Below are positions 1 to 7,467 of a stretch of 11,682 nt of DNA, in pieces. The notes under the pieces were generated by a model. It had not been told where the DNA came from. It was given only the letters and a program-made list of their open reading frames with translations, and did no database searches. The position numbers and the translations under genes are program-made. The DNA is from Elainellales cyanobacterium (lineage in GTDB: Bacteria > Cyanobacteriota > Cyanobacteriia > Elainellales > Elainellaceae). The stretch is taken from assembly GCA_038239185.1 (NCBI GenBank), contig JBBSFA010000021.1:1-11682 (forward strand). The letters run 5' to 3'. Each line of letters begins with the position of its first letter. Position 1 is the first letter of the stretch.

Positions 1-1602
1 CCAGCTCCCGCTAATCAATATCTTGCTATCGGGGAAAAAAGCTAGCGCTGCGATCGCCCAAGGATGCCCTGATAAAACGCGCACACAATTCCACGTAAAA
101 GTGTCCCATAGGCGAATCGTCCGGTCTTCGCTGCCCGTCGCTAGCCACTTGCCATCGGGGCTATAGGCGATCGCCCTGACTGCCCAAGTATGACCTCCTA
201 GCTTCTGAACATCTCTCTGGGTGGCGACATCCCAAACTCGCGCAGTGGTGTCGGCGCTGGCGCTAGCAAGCTGGGTTCCATCTGGACTAAAGGCAATGGC
301 ATAAACCGCCAAGCTGTGCCCCTTGAGCGTGGTACAGTCTCCTGTTTGCAGATCCCACAGCTTCACTGCTTTGTCAGCGCTAGCGATTTGCGTTCCATCT
401 GGGCTAAAAGCGATCGCATTCACATGATTTGTGTGCCCCGCTAGCGTCTGGATCGGCTGATTCTGCTGCCAGTCCCAAATTTTGACGGTGCGATCGCTGC
501 TGCCGCTGGCTAGAATCGCGGAATTGTGCGGATGAAAGGCAACCGCTTTGACAAATTGAGCATGAGCAGACAGAACCGCCTGTTCCTTTCCGGTTGCCGC
601 AGACCAAACTCGAATCGTTTTGTCGTCGCTCCCGCTAGCTAGCACGGTTTGATCTGGTGCGATCGCCACAGAGTTGACGCTGGGAAATACGCCTTGATGA
701 CCGACTAAAGTCGCATAGCATTCCCAGCTAGGTGAAGCAGGAACAACAGGTAAAAGGATTGGCTTGCGTCGTGTCGGTGGCAATGTGGCGATCGCTGCTG
801 CTGCCGTAGGAAATCGCTGGCTCAGATCCGGGGCAATCAGGCGATCGAGCAGGCGAATCAGCGCTTGCGTGTCATCGCGATCGCCCGAATCGACCCAATA
901 GTTTTGCCAAACCCAAGCGTTAGTCGAGCTATCAAACAGATCGAAAGGTTGAATGCCTGTGAGTAAATAAATGCAGGTCACGCCGAGGCTGTACAGATCA
1001 CTGGCAGCGATCGCTTGACCTCTAATTTGCTCTGGTGCAGCGTACTCAGGACTGCCGCTAAGTTGATTTAGCGCACCCCAATCTACCAGCGTCAAGCTGC
1101 TTGCTACACCAATAATATTCTCTGGTTTAATGTCACCGTGAATGATTTGCAGCGCATGAGCAATCTGGAGGATCGGCAACACAGTCTCCAGGATTTGCCA
1201 CACTTCCGCCGCTTCAAATCGACCTTGTGCTGCCCAAAGGGTCGCCAAGTTTTCGCCAGCGATATACACCTGCACCAAATAGAAATAGCCTGCTTCTTCA
1301 AAAGCATCTAGCAGCGCTGGCAGCGACGGATAGTTGCCTAATGCTTTCAGGCGATCGATTTGCGCTAGACGATCTTCCTCTGAGGCAATATCAGCGCTGC
1401 GATATTGCTTGATCACAGACAATCGATCGGAGTCAGTCGCCAAAAAAGTTCGGCTCAGTCCGCCTTGCCCCAAGAGCTGAACCGCCCAGTAGCGATTGTG
1501 CAAGCACAAAGCAGAGCCACAGTGATCACAGCGAATGGCTTCGGCTGAATTCTGTGGCTCCGCACAACTCGGATTAAAGCAGAGTCGCTTATAGCTCTCC
1601 AT
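1..1602 (-). CDS. Serine/threonine protein kinase (Hanks-type) with N-terminal 4-Cys prefix (zinc-ribbon-like) and C-terminal WD40 repeats. It is partial because the 3' end runs off the left edge of the window.
   Basis: The ORF is absent from the supplied track because it is open-ended. My own minus-strand translation from the ATG at 1602 is stop-free down to position 1 (534 codons). I spot-verified the frame at 1-60 and 352-420. The protein begins MESYKRLCFNPSCAEPQNSAEAIRCDHCGSAL. The CxNPxC...CxxCG pattern is what I recall as the 4-Cys prefix family seen on cyanobacterial kinases. Kinase motifs follow: glycine loop LGQGGLSRTF, a VIK lysine, catalytic loop IIHGDIKPENI, LVDWGAL, SPEYAAPE and DLYSLGV. 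At least 5 WD40 repeats then follow (LASGSDDKTIRVWS, LASGSSDRTVKIWD, LASASADTTARVWD, LATGSEDRTIRLWD). There is no other Met in the first 180 aa, so the start at 1602 is the only ATG option. Confidence 0.85.
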   Translation of the reverse strand, partial: MESYKRLCFNPSCAEPQNSAEAIRCDHCGSALCLHNRYWAVQLLGQGGLSRTFLATDSDRLSVIKQYRSADIASEEDRLAQIDRLKALGNYPSLPALLDAFEEAGYFYLVQVYIAGENLATLWAAQGRFEAAEVWQILETVLPILQIAHALQIIHGDIKPENIIGVASSLTLVDWGALNQLSGSPEYAAPEQIRGQAIAASDLYSLGVTCIYLLTGIQPFDLFDSSTNAWVWQNYWVDSGDRDDTQALIRLLDRLIAPDLSQRFPTAAAAIATLPPTRRKPILLPVVPASPSWECYATLVGHQGVFPSVNSVAIAPDQTVLASGSDDKTIRVWSAATGKEQAVLSAHAQFVKAVAFHPHNSAILASGSSDRTVKIWDWQQNQPIQTLAGHTNHVNAIAFSPDGTQIASADKAVKLWDLQTGDCTTLKGHSLAVYAIAFSPDGTQLASASADTTARVWDVATQRDVQKLGGHTWAVRAIAYSPDGKWLATGSEDRTIRLWDTFTWNCVRVLSGHPWAIAALAFFPDSKILISGSW

Positions 1603-3637
1603 CAGGTGCAGGTTTTACGATCAGCGGCAAATCATAATTGCCATTATCGCCCTCATGATCGCCATTACTGCCGTTCTCAGGCTTGTCTTGCGGCTGCATC
1701 TCCTTGGTTTGGTTCCAGAGCATCATGCCCATCACGGCATCGATCATGCCACCGCTGCTGCTGCCGCTGACTGCCACATCTGGAACCACCCGCACGTTGC
1801 GATCGCCAATTACCTGCATCAGTTGTAGCGCGGTGTAAGCCTGTGAACCCAATGCATTCACACCTGCGATATAGGCATCAGCTTTGGCTTCCCCGGTGAG
1901 TCGAATCGACTCCGCTTCACCGTTTGCCTGCTTCACTCTGGCATTGGCGTGCAGTTCGGCAATCTTCACGCCTTCCTCCGCCGTGACCACTTCTTTTTGG
2001 ATGTCTGCCAATGCCGTTTCGCGGACTAGCTCTTGGCGCTGCGCTTGGGCAAGCTGCTGGACTTCGTAGGTTTTCTGCTGCTCCTGGGCAATCTTGCGAT
2101 CGGTCAGCGTCTGCATTAGCTCGTTAGGCGGCGTGATCAAGCCAATCAGCGTGTCTACCGCTTGGACATCATAGGCGCGCAATGCCTGCCGGACATGCTC
2201 AGCGGCTTCAGCCTGACGTTCGCTGCGGGCAATCAGGAAATCTAGAATCGTGTATTCCTGAGCCGAGTTGCGGAAATAGTTGCCGACGATCGGGCGCAGC
2301 ACCTGATCAACAAGATTTTGCATAGAGCCAAGTCGCGAAATCACTTTAGGTGCATCCAATGCGCCCACATGAATCACTTGGAAGACCTCTAGCTCAAACG
2401 TGAAACCATCGCACGACAGCAGCTTCAAGGCGTTGAGGTTAGAGTCATAGCCATGTTCGCCGCTAAAGCGCGAGGTGAAGTTCAACACAATATTCGTCGT
2501 GGGAACTAGCTCAACCTTCATAATGTGCGTATTCAGCGGATGCCGACCGGGATAGAGCGGCTCTACCCAAACGCCTTTATCGCCCCGGTTGACGAGATTG
2601 CCGTGCGTAAAGGAATCGCCGCTGATGTCCTGGTGCGATGCCCCCACAAATGAAATCACGACCCCGACATAGCCGATCGGCACTTCTGTCATCACAGCCT
2701 GATCAACCTGGGCAAACCAGGGATTCAGGTTCCACGCGCCAGAGAGCACAACTTGCTCCTGCAAGCCGCGCCGTCCGTGCCCTGCGATAAACTTTTGTGC
2801 CTGCTGAAAGTTATCGTGACTCGGAATAATTGGACCTGCAATTTCGCCTTCTTCGATCGGCATCCCGTCTAGAACGGTGACAATCCCGACTTTGTCCGGT
2901 TTAATTTCGTACAGTTTCAACAATGCCGGAGCCATGTCATGTTGACTCGCATTCGCTGAACTAATCACGCCGAACTGCGCCGTATTGATCCGGTAAGTTC
3001 CGGCGGTAAGAATGCCTAACTGCCGACCTTTTTCGCCGCCGTTGGTCAAAAACTGGCGGGCATTCTGGAAGTCTTCGCAGTCCACGACCTTACCCAAAAT
3101 GCGATCGGGCGGAATCGCGCGTCCGTCATTGGCAATCACTAAGCCAATCTCGCCTTGAGGAATCATCAGCACCGTTTCTTTGCGGACGCTATACTGCCAA
3201 GGGAAATAGCCAAAATGCCAGCCCGGCGAAAGCGTATCGGCTTGGAAACCTGCCTCTCCGTTGAGGGCAACCAACTGTCCCGCAGTCAGGCTTTTGCTAG
3301 AAAATTTCTTGGTGACGATGCCAACTTCTCGTTCTCCTATCACGATCAGTCCGGCAATCCAGCCAATTCGCGGCAAAAAGATCATCAGCAAAATCACACC
3401 GCCGATCGGGTAAACCCAGAATGGGAACCCCACGGAAGGAATCAACATGAGCTGCGGCTGGGCTTGCGGTTGGGCTTGCAGTTGCACGTGGGCTTGCGGT
3501 GCGATCGAAACGGGCTGCGCCGTCGCATTATCTGCGATCGTGCTTCCGGCGATCGCACCTCCGGCGATCGTGATTGTGCCTGCCAGCAACGACGACATGA
3601 GCAACACGCCCCGACGCAAAACAGTAAACTTGTTCAT
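1589..3637 (-). CDS. Flotillin family / SPFH (band-7) domain membrane protein
   Basis: This is a 682 aa ORF. It has a hydrophobic segment and an SPFH-like core (LIPSVGFPFWVYPIGGVILLMIFLP...GEREVGIVTKKF). The C-terminal half is a long coiled-coil region rich in E, A and Q (QEQQKTYEVQQLAQAQRQELVRETALADIQKEVVTAEEGVKIAELHANARVKQANGEAESIRLTGEAKADAYIAG), which is typical of bacterial flotillins of the YqiK/FloT type. An AGGAG Shine-Dalgarno sits about 11 nt upstream of the ATG at 3637 (TTAGGAGAATTCAAAATCATG on the minus strand). The first 63 aa are a signal-peptide-like extension. An alternative in-frame ATG at 3448 would give a conventional flotillin N-terminus (MLIPSVGF...). Confidence 0.85.
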   Translation of the reverse strand: MNKFTVLRRGVLLMSSLLAGTITIAGGAIAGSTIADNATAQPVSIAPQAHVQLQAQPQAQPQLMLIPSVGFPFWVYPIGGVILLMIFLPRIGWIAGLIVIGEREVGIVTKKFSSKSLTAGQLVALNGEAGFQADTLSPGWHFGYFPWQYSVRKETVLMIPQGEIGLVIANDGRAIPPDRILGKVVDCEDFQNARQFLTNGGEKGRQLGILTAGTYRINTAQFGVISSANASQHDMAPALLKLYEIKPDKVGIVTVLDGMPIEEGEIAGPIIPSHDNFQQAQKFIAGHGRRGLQEQVVLSGAWNLNPWFAQVDQAVMTEVPIGYVGVVISFVGASHQDISGDSFTHGNLVNRGDKGVWVEPLYPGRHPLNTHIMKVELVPTTNIVLNFTSRFSGEHGYDSNLNALKLLSCDGFTFELEVFQVIHVGALDAPKVISRLGSMQNLVDQVLRPIVGNYFRNSAQEYTILDFLIARSERQAEAAEHVRQALRAYDVQAVDTLIGLITPPNELMQTLTDRKIAQEQQKTYEVQQLAQAQRQELVRETALADIQKEVVTAEEGVKIAELHANARVKQANGEAESIRLTGEAKADAYIAGVNALGSQAYTALQLMQVIGDRNVRVVPDVAVSGSSSGGMIDAVMGMMLWNQTKEMQPQDKPENGSNGDHEGDNGNYDLPLIVKPAPDGEL
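3458..3502 (-). repeat. Short in-frame tandem repeat (about 3 copies of a 12-13 nt unit GGGCTTGC(G/A)GTT) encoding QAQPQAQPQ in the flotillin N-terminal extension
   Basis: Direct reading of ctgggcttgcggttgggcttgcagttgcacgtgggcttgcggtg. On the minus strand it translates to LQAQPQAQPQL. Confidence 0.5.
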
Positions 3638-3790
3638 GATTTTGAATTCTCCTAAGAATTCTTTGAGATAGAGGGCTAAGCCAGTAGAGACTAATGGAAT
3701 CTGTAAAGAAGGCTAAGGGATGGAGCGCTAACCTTCTTAATTGCATATCGGATCGATTCTCTGAGTTGATGCCCTTTCGTTACAAAAAAT

Positions 3791-3840
3791 AACGTTGCGA
3801 ACTAATGACGTTGCGGATATTAATACGGAGCGTTAACAAC
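3791..3840. promoter_or_regulatory. Direct repeats ACGTTGCG(A/G)A (3792-3799 and 3808-3815, 16 bp apart) plus a related CGTTAAC (3831-3837) in the divergent flotillin/ABC-permease intergenic region. This is a candidate operator or transcription-factor site.
   Basis: The repeats are read directly from the sequence: aACGTTGCGaactaatgACGTTGCGgatattaatacggagCGTTAACaac. The location, between divergently transcribed genes, is typical of shared regulatory regions. Confidence 0.25.
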
Positions 3841-3942
3841 TCATTGCTCTACTCTGGCACAAGCCTCTAGCAAACCGCTCTCATTTTTGGGATCATTTTA
3901 GAACTGCTCCAGCCCTAAGCTGTCCTTAACCTGCTTTAGACT

Positions 3943-4860
3943 ATGCCAAACCCATCTGCTTCACAGTTTTCAGCCTCGCAACGATGGCGATCGCTCACCC
4001 CCTATCTATTCCTGCTGCCAGCCCTGCTAATGCTGACGCTAACCGTTTTCTATCCGGCGCTTCAGGCGTTCTACCTCAGCTTCACGCGATATGGCTTTGA
4101 CATTACTCAGTCGCCGCAGTGGGTCGGGCTAGAGAACTTTCAGCGGCTCTGGGGCGATCCGATCTTCTGGAAAACCCTACGCAACACGATCGTCTATCTG
4201 ATTGGCGTGGTGCCCATTCTGGTGATTGTGCCGCTGGGGTTGGCTTTGCTGGTCAATCAAGCTGTACCGGGCATCCGCTGGTTTCGAGCGGCTTATTATG
4301 CCCCTGTGGTGATTTCGATGGTGGTAGCGGGAATTGCTTGGCGCTGGCTCTACTCAGAAACAGGCTTGTTTAATCAATTTCTGCGCTGGGCGCATTTGTC
4401 TGAAGCGGGGATTCCTTGGCTCACCAGTCCGCAGTTTGCCCTGTTTAGCGTCATGGCAGTCACCGTTTGGAAAGGCTTAGGCTACTACATGGTGATCTAT
4501 CTGGCAGGATTGCAGTCGATTCCGGCAGACCTTTACGAGGCAGGGGCGATCGATGGCTCCGACGGCTGGCGCAGGCATTGGGACATCACCATTCCACTGA
4601 TGCGTCCCTACCTGTTTCTCGTCGCCGTGATATCAGCGATTTCTGCGACCAAGGTGTTTGAAGAAGTTTACATCATGACCCAGGGTGGACCGCGCAGCAG
4701 CTCCAAGACGTTGGTCTATTACGTCTATGAGAGCGCATTTCAAGATCTGGAGATTAGCTATGCCTGCACGATCGGTCTAGCGATGTTTCTGCTGATTCTG
4801 CTGCTTTCTCTAGTGCGGCTAGCGATCAGTCGTCAACCTTCGGCGGATTTGCAGTTCTGA
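3943..4860 (+). CDS. ABC transporter permease, carbohydrate-uptake type (MalF/UgpA-like inner-membrane component)
   Basis: This is a 305 aa ORF with a MalF/UgpA-like N-terminus (LTPYLFLLPALLMLTLTVFYPALQAFYLSFTRY). It has six predicted hydrophobic segments. An EAA-loop signature is present (YEAGAIDGSDGWRRHWDITIPLMRP). No partner ATPase, substrate-binding protein or second permease is found in the window. Confidence 0.85.
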   Translation: MPNPSASQFSASQRWRSLTPYLFLLPALLMLTLTVFYPALQAFYLSFTRYGFDITQSPQWVGLENFQRLWGDPIFWKTLRNTIVYLIGVVPILVIVPLGLALLVNQAVPGIRWFRAAYYAPVVISMVVAGIAWRWLYSETGLFNQFLRWAHLSEAGIPWLTSPQFALFSVMAVTVWKGLGYYMVIYLAGLQSIPADLYEAGAIDGSDGWRRHWDITIPLMRPYLFLVAVISAISATKVFEEVYIMTQGGPRSSSKTLVYYVYESAFQDLEISYACTIGLAMFLLILLLSLVRLAISRQPSADLQF

Positions 4861-4903
4861 GCAGTTGATAAACTAGATAGAAGCAAGAAAAGAGTGAGGA
4901 GTT

Positions 4904-5122
4904 ATGAATCCAACAGAAGTGGATTGCACAACCGCTTGTGTCAATGGCTGTGTCCTGGGTGACGAGTGCCCCAAGCAAGAATACCGAGACAAAGCAGCTC
5001 AGTTTATCCAGGAAACCTCATTGGATCAGATGCTGGCGATCGCTGAAGCTGCCCGCATCAAGAAGGCAACTGCTCCACCACAATGGGTCTTTCCAGAAGA
5101 CGGAGTTCCAAAAAACGACTAA
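4904..5122 (+). CDS. Small (72 aa) cysteine-rich hypothetical protein with a C-x3-C-x3-C-x5-C-P cluster, possibly metal-binding
   Basis: A GAGGAG Shine-Dalgarno sits immediately upstream (gtGAGGAGttATG). The ORF lies 44 nt downstream of the permease on the same strand. It is followed directly by a strong intrinsic terminator. The protein is MNPTEVDCTTACVNGCVLGDECPKQEY.... I cannot place it in a family from memory. Confidence 0.55.
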   Translation: MNPTEVDCTTACVNGCVLGDECPKQEYRDKAAQFIQETSLDQMLAIAEAARIKKATAPPQWVFPEDGVPKND

Positions 5123-5152
5123 AAAAAGGGGCAGGTTATCTGCCCCTTTTTT
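5121..5152. terminator. Bidirectional rho-independent terminator between convergent genes
   Basis: An A-tract (aaaaaaa) is followed by a GC stem ggggcag / ctgcccc with loop gttat, then tttttt. The reverse complement gives the same structure, so it can terminate both the plus-strand small gene and the minus-strand gene that ends at 5161. Confidence 0.8.
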
Positions 5153-5160
5153 AAAGGCTC

Positions 5161-6075
5161 TCAGTTTTCTGACTTTTCCTCTGTTTTATGCTCGTGTTTA
5201 TGCCCGTGGAAGCGGATTCCTAAAAACACATCGTAGAGAAAACTCCAGAAATCTTTGCCCTGAAAGACTCCTAGCGACTGATGGCAGCCTTTAGCATCCA
5301 GCAGCGGACGAGTCGCTTGATACGCTCCCTCATACTTGTACCAGGGGATTGAAGGCCACAAGTGATGGATCAGGTGGTAGTTCTGCCCCATGATCAGCAA
5401 GTTGAGGACGCGATTCGGGTAAACCCTGGCATTCTTCCAGCGATCGCGCTCCCGAAAAGGGCGATGCGGAAAATAGTCGAAGAACAAGCCAAGCGCCAAC
5501 CCGACGACGAGTGCCGGAGAAAACCAATAGTTAAACAGGTAGTCCAAAAAGCCGTAGTGAACCGCCAGGAAAACGATCGTCGCAAAGATCAACCTTGCCA
5601 AAAACCACTCCAACAGCTCAAACTTGCGCCAAAGCCGCCGCTTGAAGAAAAACACCTCGTGGTAAAAGAACCGAGGGGCGATCAACCAAAGCGGACCGTA
5701 GGTTGAGACAAAGTGGTCTGGATCATTGTCAGGATCGTTGACATTCGCGTGATGCTGCATGTGTACCCGCGTAAACACAGGATACGAGAAGCCCAGCATC
5801 AAAGCGCTGCCGTGACCCAGCACTGCATTCATGATTCGATTGCGATGTGCCACATTGTGTGAGGCATCGTGGATGACCGTCCCTACCAAATGCAGAGCAA
5901 TGGTATTACTGACGAAACAGAACCAATTCGGAAAATCCCATAGCCAATAACCTAGAGTTGATCCAACTGCGATCGCCACTGCTGCCAAAAAAAGTAGCAG
6001 CGTTGGATTTAGCGCACCTGGCGAACCCAAAAACTCCTTTGGCACAGTCAGGGGCTTCACTGCCTCCGACACCAT
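5161..6075 (-). CDS. crtR: Membrane di-iron fatty-acid-desaturase-family enzyme, most likely a CrtR-type beta-carotene hydroxylase
   Basis: This is a 304 aa ORF. It has three His boxes in the order and spacing typical of the CrtW/CrtR/desaturase superfamily: HDASHN, HMQHH and HLIHH. It also has multiple transmembrane segments. The length is closer to cyanobacterial CrtR (about 300 aa) than to CrtW (about 250 aa). The HDASH first box is what I recall for CrtR, versus HDAMH in CrtW. The symbol is assigned from recall, not from alignment. An AAGGAG Shine-Dalgarno sits 9 nt upstream of the ATG at 6075. The protein ends in a His-rich tail (HGHKHEHK). Confidence 0.65.
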   Translation of the reverse strand: MVSEAVKPLTVPKEFLGSPGALNPTLLLFLAAVAIAVGSTLGYWLWDFPNWFCFVSNTIALHLVGTVIHDASHNVAHRNRIMNAVLGHGSALMLGFSYPVFTRVHMQHHANVNDPDNDPDHFVSTYGPLWLIAPRFFYHEVFFFKRRLWRKFELLEWFLARLIFATIVFLAVHYGFLDYLFNYWFSPALVVGLALGLFFDYFPHRPFRERDRWKNARVYPNRVLNLLIMGQNYHLIHHLWPSIPWYKYEGAYQATRPLLDAKGCHQSLGVFQGKDFWSFLYDVFLGIRFHGHKHEHKTEEKSEN

Positions 6076-6605
6076 TATTTCTACTCCTTAACAGTCACCC
6101 TTGCGTAGTATAGGCTACGGAGCCGCATAGAATAAAGTTTTGTGAAATCAGGGGATTTAATCGAAATTGGGTTCATTACCTCACAATTGCTAATACTTCG
6201 GCAGGAGAATGGTCTGAGGCGGTCGATCGAGCGATCGAGCACTCACCTTTTCAGAATTCATCTTACCTTGATGGAAGATTGCCCCTACGAGTTGAGAAAA
6301 TTCATGAACTTCATCAGTCTTTTCCGCAATACTACTGAAGCAAGGTGAGGTTGTAATTGGCGCTCAAAAAGGGCTGCACGCCTGATTGTTATTGGCTCCT
6401 CAGCCACTAGAAAGATCGAGAAATGTCTGAAAATCCCCCTAAGGTAATTCGCCTCATTTCCGTACTTTCAACCTAACTTTTCTAGTGCAGACACCCTATT
6501 AAGTGACATATAGCAAAACGTAGCGCCAAGAACACCTGACACTAAAAAAGTCAGGGCAACCCATCAACCAGCCCCCCACTGGGGTGTAGATACTGTGAGG
6601 ACGGT

Positions 6606-7445
6606 ATGAACACTCGCTCTTTTGTCGGTCGTAACAAGAAATTAAGCCTTGCTCAATCTGCTAGCGCTCAGCCTGCTAGTGCAGCCCCACAGTCTCGTGC
6701 GGCTCAAGTTCAGAAGCGCTGGCAGCCCAGACTAGCTCGTAAGCAATTCAGCCTCAAGCCTACCCCAGCAAACATCGCCGCAACGATCGATCGCCCTACC
6801 TTTGTACCCCACTATAGCCCTGCCGAATTGACGCTGCGGCGGCAGCAGGCACTCGCCTGCGCTCATCGGGGCGATTATGCAACCGCGATCGAGCTATTCA
6901 GCCAACTGCTAGAGCAAAATCCAGAAAGCGCGATCGACTATAGCAACCGAGGACTTGTCTATTTCAAAAGCAGGCAGGTTGCGAAAGCGCTGGCGGACTA
7001 CGATAAGGCGATCGATCTGAATCCAAAGCTGGACAGCGCTTATAACAATCGCGCCAACTCTTACGCCGCCCAAGGGCAGTACTTAGAAGCCATTTTGGAT
7101 TATGATATCGCGTTAGACTTAAATCCCGGAAATGTAAGAGCCTGGATTAACCAGGGCATTACGTTCCGCGAATTGGAAATGTACGAACGCGCCTTAGAAA
7201 GCTTTGATGTCGCCCTTTGCCTCGATCGCTTAGAGGGACATGTTTATGCGGAGCGGGGTCGGACTTATCACCTGCGAGGCGATTGGAACTGCGCGATCGC
7301 AGATTATCGCCGCGCTTCCGCCAAACTGCCACAGTTTACCGAATCCGTTTCAGATACAGCAGTTCGGCTGCGGCTTCAAATCGAAGGCTGGACAAATGTG
7401 CTTCTAGAGGCTGCTGTTGAAACAGATCCTCAGTGGAAGCTTTAA
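6606..7445 (+). CDS. Tetratricopeptide-repeat (TPR) protein
   Basis: This is a 279 aa ORF. It contains at least 4 consecutive 34-residue TPR units with the canonical pattern (AIELFSQLLEQNPESAIDYSNRGLVYF; ALADYDKAIDLNPKLDSAYNNRANSY; AILDYDIALDLNPGNVRAWINQGITF; ALESFDVALCLDRLEGHVYAERGRTY). The N-terminal 90 aa are low-complexity and rich in A, Q and S. A GAGGA sits 6 nt upstream of the ATG. Confidence 0.8.
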   Translation: MNTRSFVGRNKKLSLAQSASAQPASAAPQSRAAQVQKRWQPRLARKQFSLKPTPANIAATIDRPTFVPHYSPAELTLRRQQALACAHRGDYATAIELFSQLLEQNPESAIDYSNRGLVYFKSRQVAKALADYDKAIDLNPKLDSAYNNRANSYAAQGQYLEAILDYDIALDLNPGNVRAWINQGITFRELEMYERALESFDVALCLDRLEGHVYAERGRTYHLRGDWNCAIADYRRASAKLPQFTESVSDTAVRLRLQIEGWTNVLLEAAVETDPQWKL

Positions 7446-7467
7446 GTTAAAACCTCAGTTATACAAA

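Noticed and set aside
404-1412. Track ORFs 404..607(-), 1104..1307(-) and 1227..1412(+)
   Set aside because: All lie in alternative frames inside the long stop-free kinase/WD40 reading frame, which was missed by the track because it is open-ended. Their translations are low-complexity with no recognisable domains.
3641-3662. Two EcoRI sites (GAATTC) flanking TCCTAA just upstream of the flotillin start
   Set aside because: This is simply the Shine-Dalgarno region (AGGAG) flanked by two 6-bp palindromes. There is no extended inverted repeat or element boundary.
1884-3746. Track ORFs 1884..2069(+), 3155..3655(+), 3447..3671(+) and 3528..3746(-)
   Set aside because: They are antisense or out-of-frame shadows within the flotillin gene. 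The ORF 3528..3746(-) is the exception: it extends into the upstream intergenic region on the same strand but out of frame and has no Shine-Dalgarno. Arg- and Cys-rich translations are typical of GC-rich antisense frames.
4119-4661. Track ORFs 4119..4373(+) and 4467..4661(+)
   Set aside because: They are alternative frames inside the ABC permease gene.
4938-5294. 118-aa ORF overlapping the small Cys4 gene, the terminator and the crtR-like 3' end
   Set aside because: It reads straight through a strong intrinsic terminator hairpin and is out of frame with two better-supported genes.
5330-5706. Track ORFs 5330..5527(-), 5362..5706(+) and 5394..5585(-)
   Set aside because: They are antisense or alternative frames inside the crtR-like gene.
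6105-6118. GTA-N8-TAC (NtcA-like) motif GTAgtataggcTAC upstream of the crtR-like gene
   Set aside because: It lacks the T/A flanks of the extended TGTA-N8-TACA consensus. No properly spaced -10 box (about 22 nt downstream) is present on either strand. About 3 such 6-position matches are expected by chance in a window this size.
6142-6348. 68-aa ORF in the long AT-rich intergenic region
   Set aside because: It has no Shine-Dalgarno. The composition is atypical, the translation is low-complexity and there are no recognisable motifs. It is kept only as a possibility under the intergenic-region finding.
7217-7420. 67-aa plus-strand ORF
   Set aside because: It is an alternative frame inside the TPR gene.
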